From the NCBI GenBank assembly GCA_964653695.1, contig CAZZFQ010000003.1, positions 1 through 53,032 of the forward strand: DNA of 53,032 nucleotides, given 5' to 3'. This document shows positions 36,218-48,742 of this stretch, piece by piece. The translations under genes were made by a program, and so were the position numbers. Origin of the DNA: an uncultured Candidatus Bathyarchaeia archaeon (GTDB lineage: Archaea > Thermoproteota > Bathyarchaeia > 40CM-2-53-6 > JALHTG01). How positions within the stretch are numbered: position 1 is the stretch's first letter; each line of letters opens with the position of its first letter. The notes beneath the pieces were generated by a model. The model was not told where the DNA came from. It did not search any database and saw only the letters and a list, made by a program, of their open reading frames with translations.

Positions 36218-38206
36218 CTAGGCGAGCGCATAGAGTGCCCTACAGATCTGTTCTAATGCCAAGAAGGCAACCAGCAAGAAAGATGTCTCGCCCCATCCTT
36301 GTTCGAAGGGAAAAAGAAACTCAAATAATGCGAACAAGCCAAAACTTAGAAGGAGGACAAAAGACGGGATAGCTGAGAAAGCTAGTAGAACCCCTAATAT
36401 TACGAATACAGCGAACTGAAGTCCGGTGGATAACACGCGCTTCTTTTCACTGAAAGCTCCGAGCTTCTCCTTGGATCCGACATATCTGAGCATAGCGATC
36501 AAGCCGAATGCTGCAAGAATCTCGAAGGGAACCATGTACAGAAAACGCCACCACTCATCGTACTGAACCATGAGGATCCCGAAGGAGCACGAAACCGACC
36601 AAGCTCTAAGAAGGCGTGTCTCATTAGTGCGCGAGGAGTCAAGCCTAACGGAACCGATGAGTGCCAGTGCGTAAACTATTGGTATTGCGTAGTGTTCTCT
36701 TCCGAAATAGTTGTAGATTCGTTCGGGATTTAGGAGAAAGGAGACGAAGTTCATCGGTGTAGCCTGAGAAAGGAACAAGCCTATCATATGCAGTGCAAGT
36801 TCTAGGCTTGCAATCATCCCTCCTCCGATCAGATATATGAAGAAAAGAGCTGGAACAAGCACGGCGAGGCTGCCGAGGAATACCAGCACGGAGAAGAAAA
36901 TGTGGCCTGCGCCAAAGAATCGCCTCTCGATTAGACTCAGCAGCAAGTAGACCACGAGAACAAGCATCATGAAAAGCCAAGTGAAATAGTGCATCCCGAG
37001 TGTAAGACCTGACAGAACAATTGATAGAAGCGCCAAGGGAACCGATCGCTGCGAAATGCTCTTCAGAAACACGTGTAGAAAGACCATCATGAGCGGGATT
37101 CCAAGCCAGTTGGCAACTATGAAAATATCGACTCCAACAGTGACGTGTGGTAATACTGCCGCAAATACGGCTGCCAATGCAGCAACTTGCCTCTTTCCTG
37201 CAACAAACTTGGTAAAGGAATATGTCGCAATGGTAAGGACCGAGGCCAGCACGATAGGGACCAGTCGAATCAAAAGTGATGGCTCCAGCCCAAAAATCTT
37301 CTCAATTACATGAAGCGCAAGGAAGAAGAACGGTCGCTCAGTCGAGAAGGCAATCTGAAAACCAGTTGAGTCCATGCGACCGAGCACGTAAGCGTAGTAT
37401 CTAGCGTCTTGACCAAGAGGGTATCCGCGAGACCACTGGTAACTTGAAATCAACACTCCTACTAGAACAGCGAATCCAGTCAAGAGTCGCCAGTCAAAAG
37501 AAGAATTTCCTCTTTCTTTGTCAAGTGTTTCACCGAGTCCAAGGCTATCGTTTACCGTTCGGCGATTGGTGATCTTGACAACCGCTGGGAGCCACAGCCA
37601 CTCCGTTACTAACAATACGAAGAGAAGGGTGGTCAAAGGCAGCAATAGTTCAAGCAATCTCTCATAGAACAGCAAGGAATCAAATCGGGGATAACCTGTG
37701 GATGGGATTGTATAAGACCACACAGTTGCTATCGACCAAATCTGCAACGGAATCACACCAGTAAAGAAGGATTTCACAAGAAGTCTTGCCGCCTCTAAGG
37801 AAGGAACTGAAAACAATTCTACTGAGTTCCTCACAGACATGACCGTCGAGGCAACCACAGCCGAAGGCATTAATATTGACCCAATCCAGCTGAGAGTTAG
37901 CGACGGTCCAAATCTAGGTAGAAATGTTGGTAGAACTTGAAGGATCGACCCAGCCAACGCAAGAGCACCAAGATACACTATCCGTTTTGTCCCGGACTTT
38001 GCTGCAAGGAGACAGATCCAAGCAAACACGTTCCCTGAAATCACCCATGTCACCCAATCCAAATAGGGCGACATCAGAACCAAGTATGGTAGCCTAAGCG
38101 ATCGGGCGAGCAAGGGCAAGGAAAGAAAAATGCTCAAACTAGCAAAATAAGAGAAGGCCAACACTAACGACGATTTCTTTGATCTTGCTTCACGAACTCT
38201 CATCAA
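36218..38206 (-). CDS. 662-aa polytopic membrane protein; possible GT-C-type glycosyltransferase or glycan polymerase
   Basis: At least 12 hydrophobic segments. No AglB WWDYG motif seen. The functional guess rests on context only. Confidence 0.6.
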   Translation of the reverse strand: MMRVREARSKKSSLVLAFSYFASLSIFLSLPLLARSLRLPYLVLMSPYLDWVTWVISGNVFAWICLLAAKSGTKRIVYLGALALAGSILQVLPTFLPRFGPSLTLSWIGSILMPSAVVASTVMSVRNSVELFSVPSLEAARLLVKSFFTGVIPLQIWSIATVWSYTIPSTGYPRFDSLLFYERLLELLLPLTTLLFVLLVTEWLWLPAVVKITNRRTVNDSLGLGETLDKERGNSSFDWRLLTGFAVLVGVLISSYQWSRGYPLGQDARYYAYVLGRMDSTGFQIAFSTERPFFFLALHVIEKIFGLEPSLLIRLVPIVLASVLTIATYSFTKFVAGKRQVAALAAVFAAVLPHVTVGVDIFIVANWLGIPLMMVFLHVFLKSISQRSVPLALLSIVLSGLTLGMHYFTWLFMMLVLVVYLLLSLIERRFFGAGHIFFSVLVFLGSLAVLVPALFFIYLIGGGMIASLELALHMIGLFLSQATPMNFVSFLLNPERIYNYFGREHYAIPIVYALALIGSVRLDSSRTNETRLLRAWSVSCSFGILMVQYDEWWRFLYMVPFEILAAFGLIAMLRYVGSKEKLGAFSEKKRVLSTGLQFAVFVILGVLLAFSAIPSFVLLLSFGLFALFEFLFPFEQGWGETSFLLVAFLALEQICRALYALA

Positions 38207-38554
38207 TCAGAGAAGTCCCTCCCGTACATCATGGCCCCTTGCTAGCCTGTCTGCTTTTCCTCTGCGGCAATAAATCTTCTCACTCCGATTTTGATATCGC
38301 ATGATAGCTCGTGTCCTTATCCTTGCCGAAAGAGAACAGAGCAGGAATAATGCAACTATTGGCCCGCTTTCCCGGCCCATTGGATGAGCCCTGAAGCATC
38401 TGCTGACGATATATCGGGTGAGGTCAAGGAGGCTTACTCTCGTTATGCCTCGTTGGTGGCTAGCGTAGGACTTAACAACTAGACCATACGTCTTCTAGAT
38501 CTTCAGTCTCAGGCGCGGGAGAGCGTCATGAACGCTTGGAGATAGCTAGAGTTG

Positions 38555-39115
38555 ATGGAGATCATGAGCTGGGGCCTTCTCGGCGTCTTCATATCATCCT
38601 TTCTGCTGTACCTCATTCCATTCATCGGGCCTTCAACCATGATCTACTCAGGTGCTCTCGCAGCCATATCCCATTACGACCCGCCAGCCCTGATTGGCGT
38701 AGCTGTTGCTGCCGGATCATCTGTCGCAAAGGCGATCCATTACTATGTGAGCTACTTCGCAGGTAGGGCTCTCAGCGAAGAAAGCGTCAATAGGCTACAG
38801 GGATACTGTGAGAGATTGGGCCGATGGAAGTCTGTAGCAACATTCGTCTCATCTGCAACTCCTATACCAGACGAGCCGGTGCTTGTGTCTCTGGCCTTAG
38901 TCAAGTACAGCCCCATAAGATTCCTTCTAGTCTTCTTTCTCGGAAAACTAGTCATAACCATCCCGGGAGCATACATGGGAAGATCAACCAGACATCTTCT
39001 CCGCGGACTGATAGGCGAAGTTCCAATGGCTATTGCCTCAATAGTATTCACAGTGATCGTAACAGTAGTCTTATTGAAAGTCGATCTAAAGAAGCTGTGG
39101 AGAAGACATACTTAA
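38555..39115 (+). CDS. DedA/VTT-domain-like membrane protein
   Basis: 'LLYLIPFIGPSTMIYSGALA', 'YYVSYFAGRAL', several TM helices. Confidence 0.45.
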   Translation: MEIMSWGLLGVFISSFLLYLIPFIGPSTMIYSGALAAISHYDPPALIGVAVAAGSSVAKAIHYYVSYFAGRALSEESVNRLQGYCERLGRWKSVATFVSSATPIPDEPVLVSLALVKYSPIRFLLVFFLGKLVITIPGAYMGRSTRHLLRGLIGEVPMAIASIVFTVIVTVVLLKVDLKKLWRRHT

Positions 39116-39248
39116 GGCCATGAACAAGCAAAGAGCCTTGCTAAAGAACACTATACACGGTACACCAAAGGTCTTAGCAACTCCTTCCAGTCGCGTAGCT
39201 GTCAGCTAAAGTGTTCCTACGCTGCGCAAGGGGCAAATCTAAAACATC

Positions 39249-39266
39249 TTCGTATGCGTATACGAA
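39249..39266. promoter_or_regulatory. Inverted repeat TTCGTAT-gcgt-ATACGAA between a TATA-like 'ATCTAAAA' (39236-39243) and the aor SD/ATG
   Basis: Read directly. The position is typical for an archaeal repressor operator. Confidence 0.3.
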
Positions 39267-39287
39267 CCGAGGGAAGAGGCTGAGGTT

Positions 39288-41111
39288 ATGAAAGGATGGA
39301 ATGGAAAGATCCTCAGGTTTGACCTGTCTAAAGGAAAATCCCGCTCTCAAGAATTCGATTCAGACTTCGCCATGAAATTTATCGGAGGAAGGGGATTCGC
39401 AGCGAAGATACTGTGGGACGAAACGAAACCAAGGATCGACCCGTTCTCCCCTGAGAACCTGCTGATAATGGCGACGGGGCCATTAACAGGGCTTCCGTTG
39501 CCCAGCAGCGGCAAGATTGTGGTTGCGGCCAAGAGTCCTTTGACTGGAGGCTACGGCGACGGAAATCTTGGATCTTGGGCCGCTGTCAATCTTAGGAAAG
39601 CTGGCTATGATGCCTTGATCATCGCCGGAGCAGCACGCAAGCCTAGCTACATTGTCATAACCGACAGCCATGCTGAAATCAAAGGCGCAGAGGACTACTG
39701 GGGATTAGGATCATTCGAAACTGAGAGGAAACTACAAGAAAAGCATGGCAAGACTGTCGGCATACTGACCATTGGGCCAGCAGGCGAGAACCTTGTCAGA
39801 TATGCAACCGTGGTCTCTCAAGAGGGAAGGTCTGGCGGAAGACCCGGAATCGGTGCAGTCATGGGGTCCAAGAAACTCAAAGCGGTTGTGGTTGAAGGAC
39901 AAAAGGAGATTCCTCTCGCTGATGAGAAGAAGCTGAAAGAAGTTGGAGCCGAAGGATACAAGGCCATACTATCCAAACCCGACTACAAGTCTTGGAAACG
40001 ACAAGGAACCATGTCGACGGTAGAGTGGAGTCAAGCCAACAGCGTCCTGCCCACCTTCAACTTCAAAGAATGCGTCTTCGAAGAGGCGGCTGGCATCAGC
40101 GGAGAATTCATGGAGACGCTCAAGGTTGCGCAAAGAGGTTGCCCGCAATGCAACATGACCTGCGGCAACGTAATAGAGGACATCGAAGGCAAGCAAGCAG
40201 AGCTCGACTACGAAAACGTGGTCATGCTAGGCTCGAACATAGGCATTGGAAACCTGAAACAAGTCGCCTACTTGAACCGAATGGCAGACGACTACGGCAT
40301 AGATACAATATCTCTCGGCAACACTGTAGGATTCGCAATCGAAGCCTCAGAGAAGAAACTTCTGCCAGAGAAGCTCGAATGGGGCAACTTCGATCAAGCA
40401 AAGAGGCTGACGGAAGATATAGTCCGCGGAGAAGGCCTCGGAAAACTACTGGCCATGGGAACTCGAGCCGCAGCCGAGAAGATTGGCGGGGGAAGCACAA
40501 AATGGGCAATGAACATCAAGGGACTTGAGATATCTGCCTACAACTGCCACTCTGCGCCAGGTATGGCGCTGGCGTTCGGCACCTCCTCCATCGGCGCCCA
40601 TCATAAGGAGGCATGGGTCATATCGTGGGAGATGAACTTCGGCCGCGAATCGTATGGAATGGAAAAAGTCGAGAAAGTCATAGAGTTCCAGAGAATCCGA
40701 GGAGGAGCCTTCGAAAGCCTGGTCACCTGCAGATTTCCATGGATCGAACTAGGCTTCGAACTAGAATGGTACCCCAAGTTCCTTGAAGCATCAACGGGCC
40801 TAAAGATCAGTGTAGACGACATCTACACAGTCGGGGACAGAATCTACTCTCTCATAAGAGCCTTCTGGGTGAGAGAGTACGGCTCAAAATGGAGTCGGTC
40901 GATGGATTACCCTCCGGCCAGATGGTTTGAGGAAGCTCCGAAAAAGGGCGCCCAGAGCGGGGTGACGCTTGATCCCCAAGGATATAATCGCCTCTTGGAT
41001 GAGTACTACAAGAGGCGCGGCTGGGATCGCAACGGCGTACCAGAAAGAACAATTCTTCAGAAGCTCGGACTTGGAGATGTTGCACAAGCCTTGGGAAAAA
41101 CTAGCAGTTAA
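39288..41111 (+). CDS. aor: Tungsten-containing aldehyde:ferredoxin oxidoreductase (AOR family)
   Basis: 607 aa. N-terminus 'MKGWNGKILRFDLSKGK', 'GGRGFAAKILWDE', 'GPAGENLVRYA'. Confidence 0.9.
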   Translation: MKGWNGKILRFDLSKGKSRSQEFDSDFAMKFIGGRGFAAKILWDETKPRIDPFSPENLLIMATGPLTGLPLPSSGKIVVAAKSPLTGGYGDGNLGSWAAVNLRKAGYDALIIAGAARKPSYIVITDSHAEIKGAEDYWGLGSFETERKLQEKHGKTVGILTIGPAGENLVRYATVVSQEGRSGGRPGIGAVMGSKKLKAVVVEGQKEIPLADEKKLKEVGAEGYKAILSKPDYKSWKRQGTMSTVEWSQANSVLPTFNFKECVFEEAAGISGEFMETLKVAQRGCPQCNMTCGNVIEDIEGKQAELDYENVVMLGSNIGIGNLKQVAYLNRMADDYGIDTISLGNTVGFAIEASEKKLLPEKLEWGNFDQAKRLTEDIVRGEGLGKLLAMGTRAAAEKIGGGSTKWAMNIKGLEISAYNCHSAPGMALAFGTSSIGAHHKEAWVISWEMNFGRESYGMEKVEKVIEFQRIRGGAFESLVTCRFPWIELGFELEWYPKFLEASTGLKISVDDIYTVGDRIYSLIRAFWVREYGSKWSRSMDYPPARWFEEAPKKGAQSGVTLDPQGYNRLLDEYYKRRGWDRNGVPERTILQKLGLGDVAQALGKTSS

Positions 41112-41198
41112 CAGGTCGAGGCACAGTTATCACACACACAAGAAGCAATACAGTCTATGCTGGGCTCGACATTCGAAGTCCAAACCTACATCTCTAAC

Positions 41199-41852
41199 CT
41201 AGACGAGTTCCCTATGATATCGAACATAGAGGCTCGCCAGCGGATTATGTCCTGTTACTCGGTCCTTGACAATCAATGTTGTGACGGGAACCTTCGAGGC
41301 CATTGTGAATAGCATATCGTGGCCGACACACAGCCCAACGATGATATTGAATCTTGTTCCAGCTCTATTCAGGACCTCTGCTTGAATCACTGGGTTACAT
41401 GCCGCCTCAAATCTCTCGGGATCAGAGATCTTATGCTCCTTTGACACGCCGAGCCTGGCCTTGTCAACTGCGCCGCATTTGCAGCAGACAGAGTGAATTA
41501 CTGGCCCGTGGCTTTCCAAGATCTCGACTGCCCTCTTGGCTTCGTCACTCAGGCCAACGCAGAAGGCCATCCCGACATCTTTCGCCCTGATCCTTTTCGC
41601 GAACTCTGCTATCTCTCTGATTCTAGGTCTCACGGCCATGTTCACGCCTCGAACACGCTCGTAGGCCTCTTTCTCACCTATGGTGGCCGCAAGATAGAGC
41701 TCTCTCAGATCACTCCTGTCGTATCGACGTACGGCTTCTTGAACTATGTCTGTGGCGCTTTTCATCGGACAGAAAAGTGGTAAAGCATCTTCAGCGAACC
41801 CTTCAGTTCGACAGAACTTGTTATCACACTTCGCACATTGCGATTGAATCAT
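41199..41852 (-). CDS. Cys-rich metal-binding protein, DUF1847-like
   Basis: N-terminal 'CAKCDNKFCRTEG...CP' and further conserved Cys ('FCVGLS', 'VCCKCG', 'LCVGHD'). Family assignment is from memory. Confidence 0.45.
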   Translation of the reverse strand: MIQSQCAKCDNKFCRTEGFAEDALPLFCPMKSATDIVQEAVRRYDRSDLRELYLAATIGEKEAYERVRGVNMAVRPRIREIAEFAKRIRAKDVGMAFCVGLSDEAKRAVEILESHGPVIHSVCCKCGAVDKARLGVSKEHKISDPERFEAACNPVIQAEVLNRAGTRFNIIVGLCVGHDMLFTMASKVPVTTLIVKDRVTGHNPLASLYVRYHRELV

Positions 41853-42057
41853 AGCTAATCGCCTATGCTAGGATATTTCAGGCAAACTAAATATGTTTCC
41901 AGCACACGGTGCAGATCGAGATGCCTTGTTGCCGCGTGTCAAATAGCATCCGGTAGAATCAGTGATTGTGAAAGCCCTCACAGGTCCAAGATATCTATAC
42001 GCCATAACTAGAGAATGCCGAGGAGCCTGTGGTAGGGCTGCAGTTTCACTTGAATAC

Positions 42058-44929
<2,872 letters not shown>

Positions 44930-44980
44930 CCATGTGAGCTCATTGTCTCCGGTCGAAATTTCCCTCTGGATGAACGGCCT

Positions 44981-45112
44981 CTAACCCCCAGTCGCAACGT
45001 TGTAACCTGTGCAGCAGGTGCAGAGCGTGCTTTCGCCGCAGTAGGGGCAGCAGCAGTTGCATGCCTCTATTGGATTTCCGCACCTTTCACAGATTATTCC
45101 TGACAAGTCCAT
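44981..45112 (-). CDS. 43-aa cysteine-rich mini-protein (11 Cys; two CxxCG knuckles), below the ORF-track cutoff
   Basis: My translation is MDLSGIICERCGNPIEACNCCCPYCGESTLCTCCTGYNVATGG*. The TAG stop at 44981-44983 is in frame with OFOR-alpha. The region is GCA/TGC-biased, so chance cannot be excluded. Confidence 0.4.
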   Translation of the reverse strand: MDLSGIICERCGNPIEACNCCCPYCGESTLCTCCTGYNVATGG

Positions 45113-45185
45113 CACAGCATAATGGACTCATCAGAAGGGCATTAAGCTTTCCTCAACAAGACGAGCAGAGAAACAGTGAAGGTCC

Positions 45186-45314
45186 TCAATCCTCTGCCAC
45201 AAGCAGCATAGGCTTGTTGCAGCAAACCAAAGTGCCTCCGCCCACCTTGACAACGGTCACTTCATTGCCACAAACCGAACACCTATACCTCTCTCCAAGG
45301 CGCTTTACTCCCAT
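45186..45314 (-). CDS. Desulforedoxin-like small FeS4 protein (42 aa), below the ORF-track cutoff
   Basis: My translation is MGVKRLGERYRCSVCGNEVTVVKVGGGTLVCCNKPMLLVAED*. It matches the Dx signature Y-x-C-x-x-C-G...GGGTLVCC...M. AGGTGG lies 7 nt upstream of the ATG. Confidence 0.75.
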   Translation of the reverse strand: MGVKRLGERYRCSVCGNEVTVVKVGGGTLVCCNKPMLLVAED

Positions 45315-45523
45315 TTCCGTCCCACCTTTATCCAAAGCGATTCATGTCTCAGACGCATTTCCTAATGGCGTTTCAGGCCTAAATGCCCCCGATTATCCGA
45401 AATAGCACCATGTAAGATTCGAAATGGCTGAAGATGTGGGCTGACTTTATGCAGAATCGTGGAAAAGGCTTAAGAACACACCGAATCCACCTAGTACCTT
45501 CTACAAGGCTTGGAGGAAAGTTA

Positions 45524-45991
45524 ATGGTAAAGAAATGTCTCAGATGCAATGCCGACAATGACGATAATGCCATCTTCTGCTCTAGCTGTGGCACAAGGCT
45601 CAGTGGGGTAAGGCCGGGCATTCTGGGAGCCAGACCTGTGACTGCAGAGTTGGCTGCGAGAGCAAGCATCGGATTCGTCATGACGATTATCGGCGGCTTT
45701 CTGATAGTCCTTGGCTCGTTGGGACTTTCGTACATATCTGCCTACATTTGGGGTACATCAGTTCCGCCGTGGTTTGCCGGTATGCCCGTATGGGCTGCGC
45801 TGGGTGTAGGCGTGATTTTCGGACTGTTTGTCATTCTGAGTTCGGTACTCATTTACCAACCTGGATTCGAGAGTATGGGCGGCATACTTGCAATAGTGTT
45901 CTCGGTCTTGAGCATCGTCGTTCTTGGGGGATTCATGTTCGGCACAGTCCTTGGTCTGCTCGGCGGATTGATGGCTATCCTGAAGAAGTAG
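45524..45991 (+). CDS. Zinc-ribbon + 4-TM membrane protein (paralog 1)
   Basis: 'MVKKCLRCNADNDDNAIFCSSCG', four hydrophobic helices, C-terminal 'GGFMFGTVLGLLGGLMAILKK'. GGAGG upstream of ATG 45524. Confidence 0.75.
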   Translation: MVKKCLRCNADNDDNAIFCSSCGTRLSGVRPGILGARPVTAELAARASIGFVMTIIGGFLIVLGSLGLSYISAYIWGTSVPPWFAGMPVWAALGVGVIFGLFVILSSVLIYQPGFESMGGILAIVFSVLSIVVLGGFMFGTVLGLLGGLMAILKK

Positions 45992-46391
45992 AGATACACC
46001 CGTTTTCAAAAGAATTCTTTTTTCACTTGTGCATCGTCAAGCGGATAGCATAAGGTAGGGCCGATTATTGGTGAGTGCAGTCTCTTGTCTGGCGTTCTCG
46101 GGGGTGGAACTGTCCCCTCGATCTCCACTCTTGGCACTCTAGTCATGAAGGCCATGCAGTTTTCTAGCCAAGACCTGATCTCTTTCGGTCACACTATCTA
46201 CATGGGCGTCAATTCTGGGACCGAATCAGTATTGAATGGAACCATGATACTTCATCAACGCAAAGAGGCAAGCAGTCTTCTAGTCTGAGGGGGAATTCAG
46301 GAAATAGGGTTGGCAAAACCGGTTTAGAGTGTAGACTTTATCCTGGAAATAGCCCTGTCCAGAAGGTCTGATAGCTAGGTGAAAAAAGTGC

Positions 46392-46850
46392 TTAGGTTGT
46401 TGCTACTCCAGTCGGTGTTAGTACAGTTCTCGATGCAACTGGGCCATATCTGAGTATAACTTCGCCGAGCTTGGTGTATGCCAGCATGTAGAAGATCCCT
46501 GGCACAATAAGGCCAACAAGTAGACCCAAGATTCCCATGATGAGGCAAGGGGTTTTCGCTGCCTCGTATAGGCCGTCGTCGATTCTCTTCACGGTTGTTA
46601 AGTATGCGCCGATGAAGATGAGGATTATTACGATTGCAAAGATTCCGGCCCCCATCATGATTGGAAGTATCCATTCCAAAGAGATCACCATGCCTGTCCA
46701 AAGAGCAATGTATGAAAGGATATGGGGTGAGTCGGCAATCAAGAGTAGGGATATCGCAAGAAGAGGCAGAACAGTGAATAGGAAGAAGAAGATCGATCCT
46801 ATGACCGCATACTCGTGTGCTGCCCAAACCTCAGGTGGTCTTAAAGACAT
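46392..46850 (-). CDS. Four-TM membrane protein, unknown function
   Basis: 152 aa, hydrophobic throughout. GGTGA lies 4 nt upstream of the ATG. The overlapping 46375-46827 frame is less protein-like. Confidence 0.6.
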   Translation of the reverse strand: MSLRPPEVWAAHEYAVIGSIFFFLFTVLPLLAISLLLIADSPHILSYIALWTGMVISLEWILPIMMGAGIFAIVIILIFIGAYLTTVKRIDDGLYEAAKTPCLIMGILGLLVGLIVPGIFYMLAYTKLGEVILRYGPVASRTVLTPTGVATT

Positions 46851-46989
46851 AGGTTCACCACGTAAGCTCAGTTAGCTAACTGTCCCACTTCTGCGCATAT
46901 AAATAGCATATGCAACTATGAGCTTAGGCGTGGTCTAGTCTAGTGCGCTCAGTTGCGAAATCGGCTCAAAGCCATGAGTTCAGCTTACC

Positions 46990-47223
46990 TTAGCGATACT
47001 TGAGGCATTTGGTGCACCACCAGCGTTGATACGTGGGCACCCAGACCAGCGATTCTCCGCAATACCTGCAGAGTTTCGGCGGTTGGGGTAGAGGAGTCCA
47101 ATAGTGGTAGGAGGTGTACATCTGGTAGTAAGGAACCTGTGTGTAGTGCGGGTAAGATGTCTCTGCAACCCAAACCCAACCATAGGTCAGGTCGTAAACC
47201 CAAGGCATACAGACACCGTCCAC
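46990..47223 (-). CDS. Small aromatic-rich protein with C-terminal zinc ribbon
   Basis: 'CRYCGESLVWVPTYQRWWCTKCLKY' resembles the C-terminal knuckle 'LYCPYCRRY' of 49130-49903. Confidence 0.45.
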   Translation of the reverse strand: MDGVCMPWVYDLTYGWVWVAETSYPHYTQVPYYQMYTSYHYWTPLPQPPKLCRYCGESLVWVPTYQRWWCTKCLKYR

Positions 47224-47265
47224 ATGCTAGCCTTGTCAGACAAGATAAGAATTTCGTAGGCTCCT

Positions 47266-47781
47266 CTATCTTCTGAAAAGGCCGATGAACGCGCCGACTA
47301 ATCCAAGAAGGAAGCCCACTATGAAGCCTCCTCCTACTAAGAGGCTCAAAAGGCTGAGAACGATGATGGCAGCGCAGCCGTAGACCTCCCTTCTGGCTAG
47401 GATAAGGAAGGAACTTACAAACATGCCTAATCCGATTAGCACTCCGACGAAATCTGCCTGAATGTTTGAGAAGGTCAGGGGGATCATCCATACAGGGATC
47501 GGCACGGCGACTCCTACTAAGCCAGCTAGCAAGGCGTTCACCGTTACCAACATCGTCGCGACTAGACACAGAACGAAGCTCACCTTAGGTCGAGCAGGCC
47601 CTCGAATCCTGAGAACGCCCACAGGGGCTCTTATGGCGCCTGACCCTGGAGGGATATCTACAGCAATAGGGCTCGGCTGAGGTCTTTCCACTGCAACCTC
47701 GACAAGCGGCAATCCGCATGCCGCGCATGTCTCAGCCAGATCGCTGTTGTCATATCCACATTCAAGGCATCTCTTGACCAT
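47266..47781 (-). CDS. Zinc-ribbon + multi-TM membrane protein (paralog 2)
   Basis: 'MVKRCLECGYDNSDLAETCAACG'. C-terminal 'GGGFIVGFLLGLVGAFIGLFRR'. Confidence 0.75.
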   Translation of the reverse strand: MVKRCLECGYDNSDLAETCAACGLPLVEVAVERPQPSPIAVDIPPGSGAIRAPVGVLRIRGPARPKVSFVLCLVATMLVTVNALLAGLVGVAVPIPVWMIPLTFSNIQADFVGVLIGLGMFVSSFLILARREVYGCAAIIVLSLLSLLVGGGFIVGFLLGLVGAFIGLFRR

Positions 47782-47935
47782 TACCTTTCGCCAAAGATTA
47801 AGGTATGAACGTCACCTATATTTAATGTAGTTTCGCGGATGTATTCCACAGCCGCAGGTACAATCACTCTCCCAGCAACGTGCATTGTCTCTGCTAGCTC
47901 TGAAACATCGAAAAGAGGGAGGAAAGTAGCTCTGG

Positions 47936-48481
47936 CTACTTTCTCATTATTGCTAGGAATGCCCCTATGATTCCTAAGGTGAATCCAGCTAGGAACCCGC
48001 CCCCTATGGCTATGCTAACGATAGCGCATAGGAAGCCTATGATGCCGCCAAATGTCCCATAGCCATGATACATCAGGAATCCGGCAAGGAACAGCGAGAA
48101 CGAGAGTATGACAGCTATGATGGTCGCGACTTTCATCGCGTCAATCCAGGCCAGTCCTGGAAGCACAAGCTTGACAAGGTAAACGGCCAGATCGGACGAC
48201 GGCGGATATACCCACCCTGCTATCACGCCCACCATGACCAATATCCCCGCAGCGAGAGTGATCAACGTGCCCCAGATCGGCCTCGGTGGTGGAGGTAGCG
48301 GAAGAACCGCTGGTAGTGGAGGGGCCATGAACGGAGGGGGCGCACGTGGAGGTGGTACAGGCCTCGCAACCGGGAGAACCGTGGGAACTGGTGGTGGAAC
48401 TGCTATTTGGACTCCGCAACTTGAGCAGTAGATGGCGTCATCCCTGTTGTCAGCTCCGCATTCCGGGCATTTCTTAACCAA
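47936..48481 (-). CDS. Zinc-ribbon + Pro-rich linker + multi-TM membrane protein (paralog 3)
   Basis: '(M)VKKCPECGADNRDDAIYCSSCG', 'PPPVPTVLPVARPVPPPRAPPP', C-terminal 'GGGFLAGFTLGIIGAFLAIMRK'. Start set at TTG 48481 because AGGAGGAAAATTG-TTG-GTT-AAG-AAA-TGC aligns with paralog 1's GGAGGAAAGTTA-ATG-GTA-AAG-AAA-TGT. Confidence 0.7.
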   Translation of the reverse strand: MVKKCPECGADNRDDAIYCSSCGVQIAVPPPVPTVLPVARPVPPPRAPPPFMAPPLPAVLPLPPPPRPIWGTLITLAAGILVMVGVIAGWVYPPSSDLAVYLVKLVLPGLAWIDAMKVATIIAVILSFSLFLAGFLMYHGYGTFGGIIGFLCAIVSIAIGGGFLAGFTLGIIGAFLAIMRK

Positions 48482-48742
48482 CAATTTTCCTCCTGTGACT
48501 TCACCGTTGAGCTCTATGTTATCTCCAAGGTCGGCACTTAAGCCTTTCCGAGAATCCATAGAGAAGAGATCACTATTTTCTTCTAGCGCGTCATTCAGGA
48601 GTAATTTCGAGAGAACTCGATTATGCACCCACAATTGTCGCTCGCTGCGTGCTCAACATCTCCACCTTATTGATTCTACTACTGGGTATCGAACGGACAG
48701 TCTACAAAGGTTAAATAGCGTCATCCATTCTGCAAACTCTCA

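Noticed and set aside
39992-40528. 178-aa Arg-rich plus-strand ORF.
   Set aside because: It is an alternative frame inside the well-supported AOR gene, and its composition (runs of R/H/Q) is not protein-like.
44981-44983. Pyrrolysine decoding of the in-frame TAG upstream of OFOR-alpha.
   Set aside because: TAG is a frequent ordinary stop in this window (for example at 6926-6928, 13547-13549 and 17144-17146). At 13547-13549 it terminates a protein at exactly the position where its paralog (7946-9670) ends with TAA. No pyl genes are visible. The observation is kept only as generic read-through or mutation.
46985-47569. 194-aa minus-strand ORF.
   Set aside because: It overlaps two better-supported genes (46990-47223 and 47266-47781) in other frames. 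It has an Arg/Ser/Pro-rich, low-complexity composition typical of an off-frame read.
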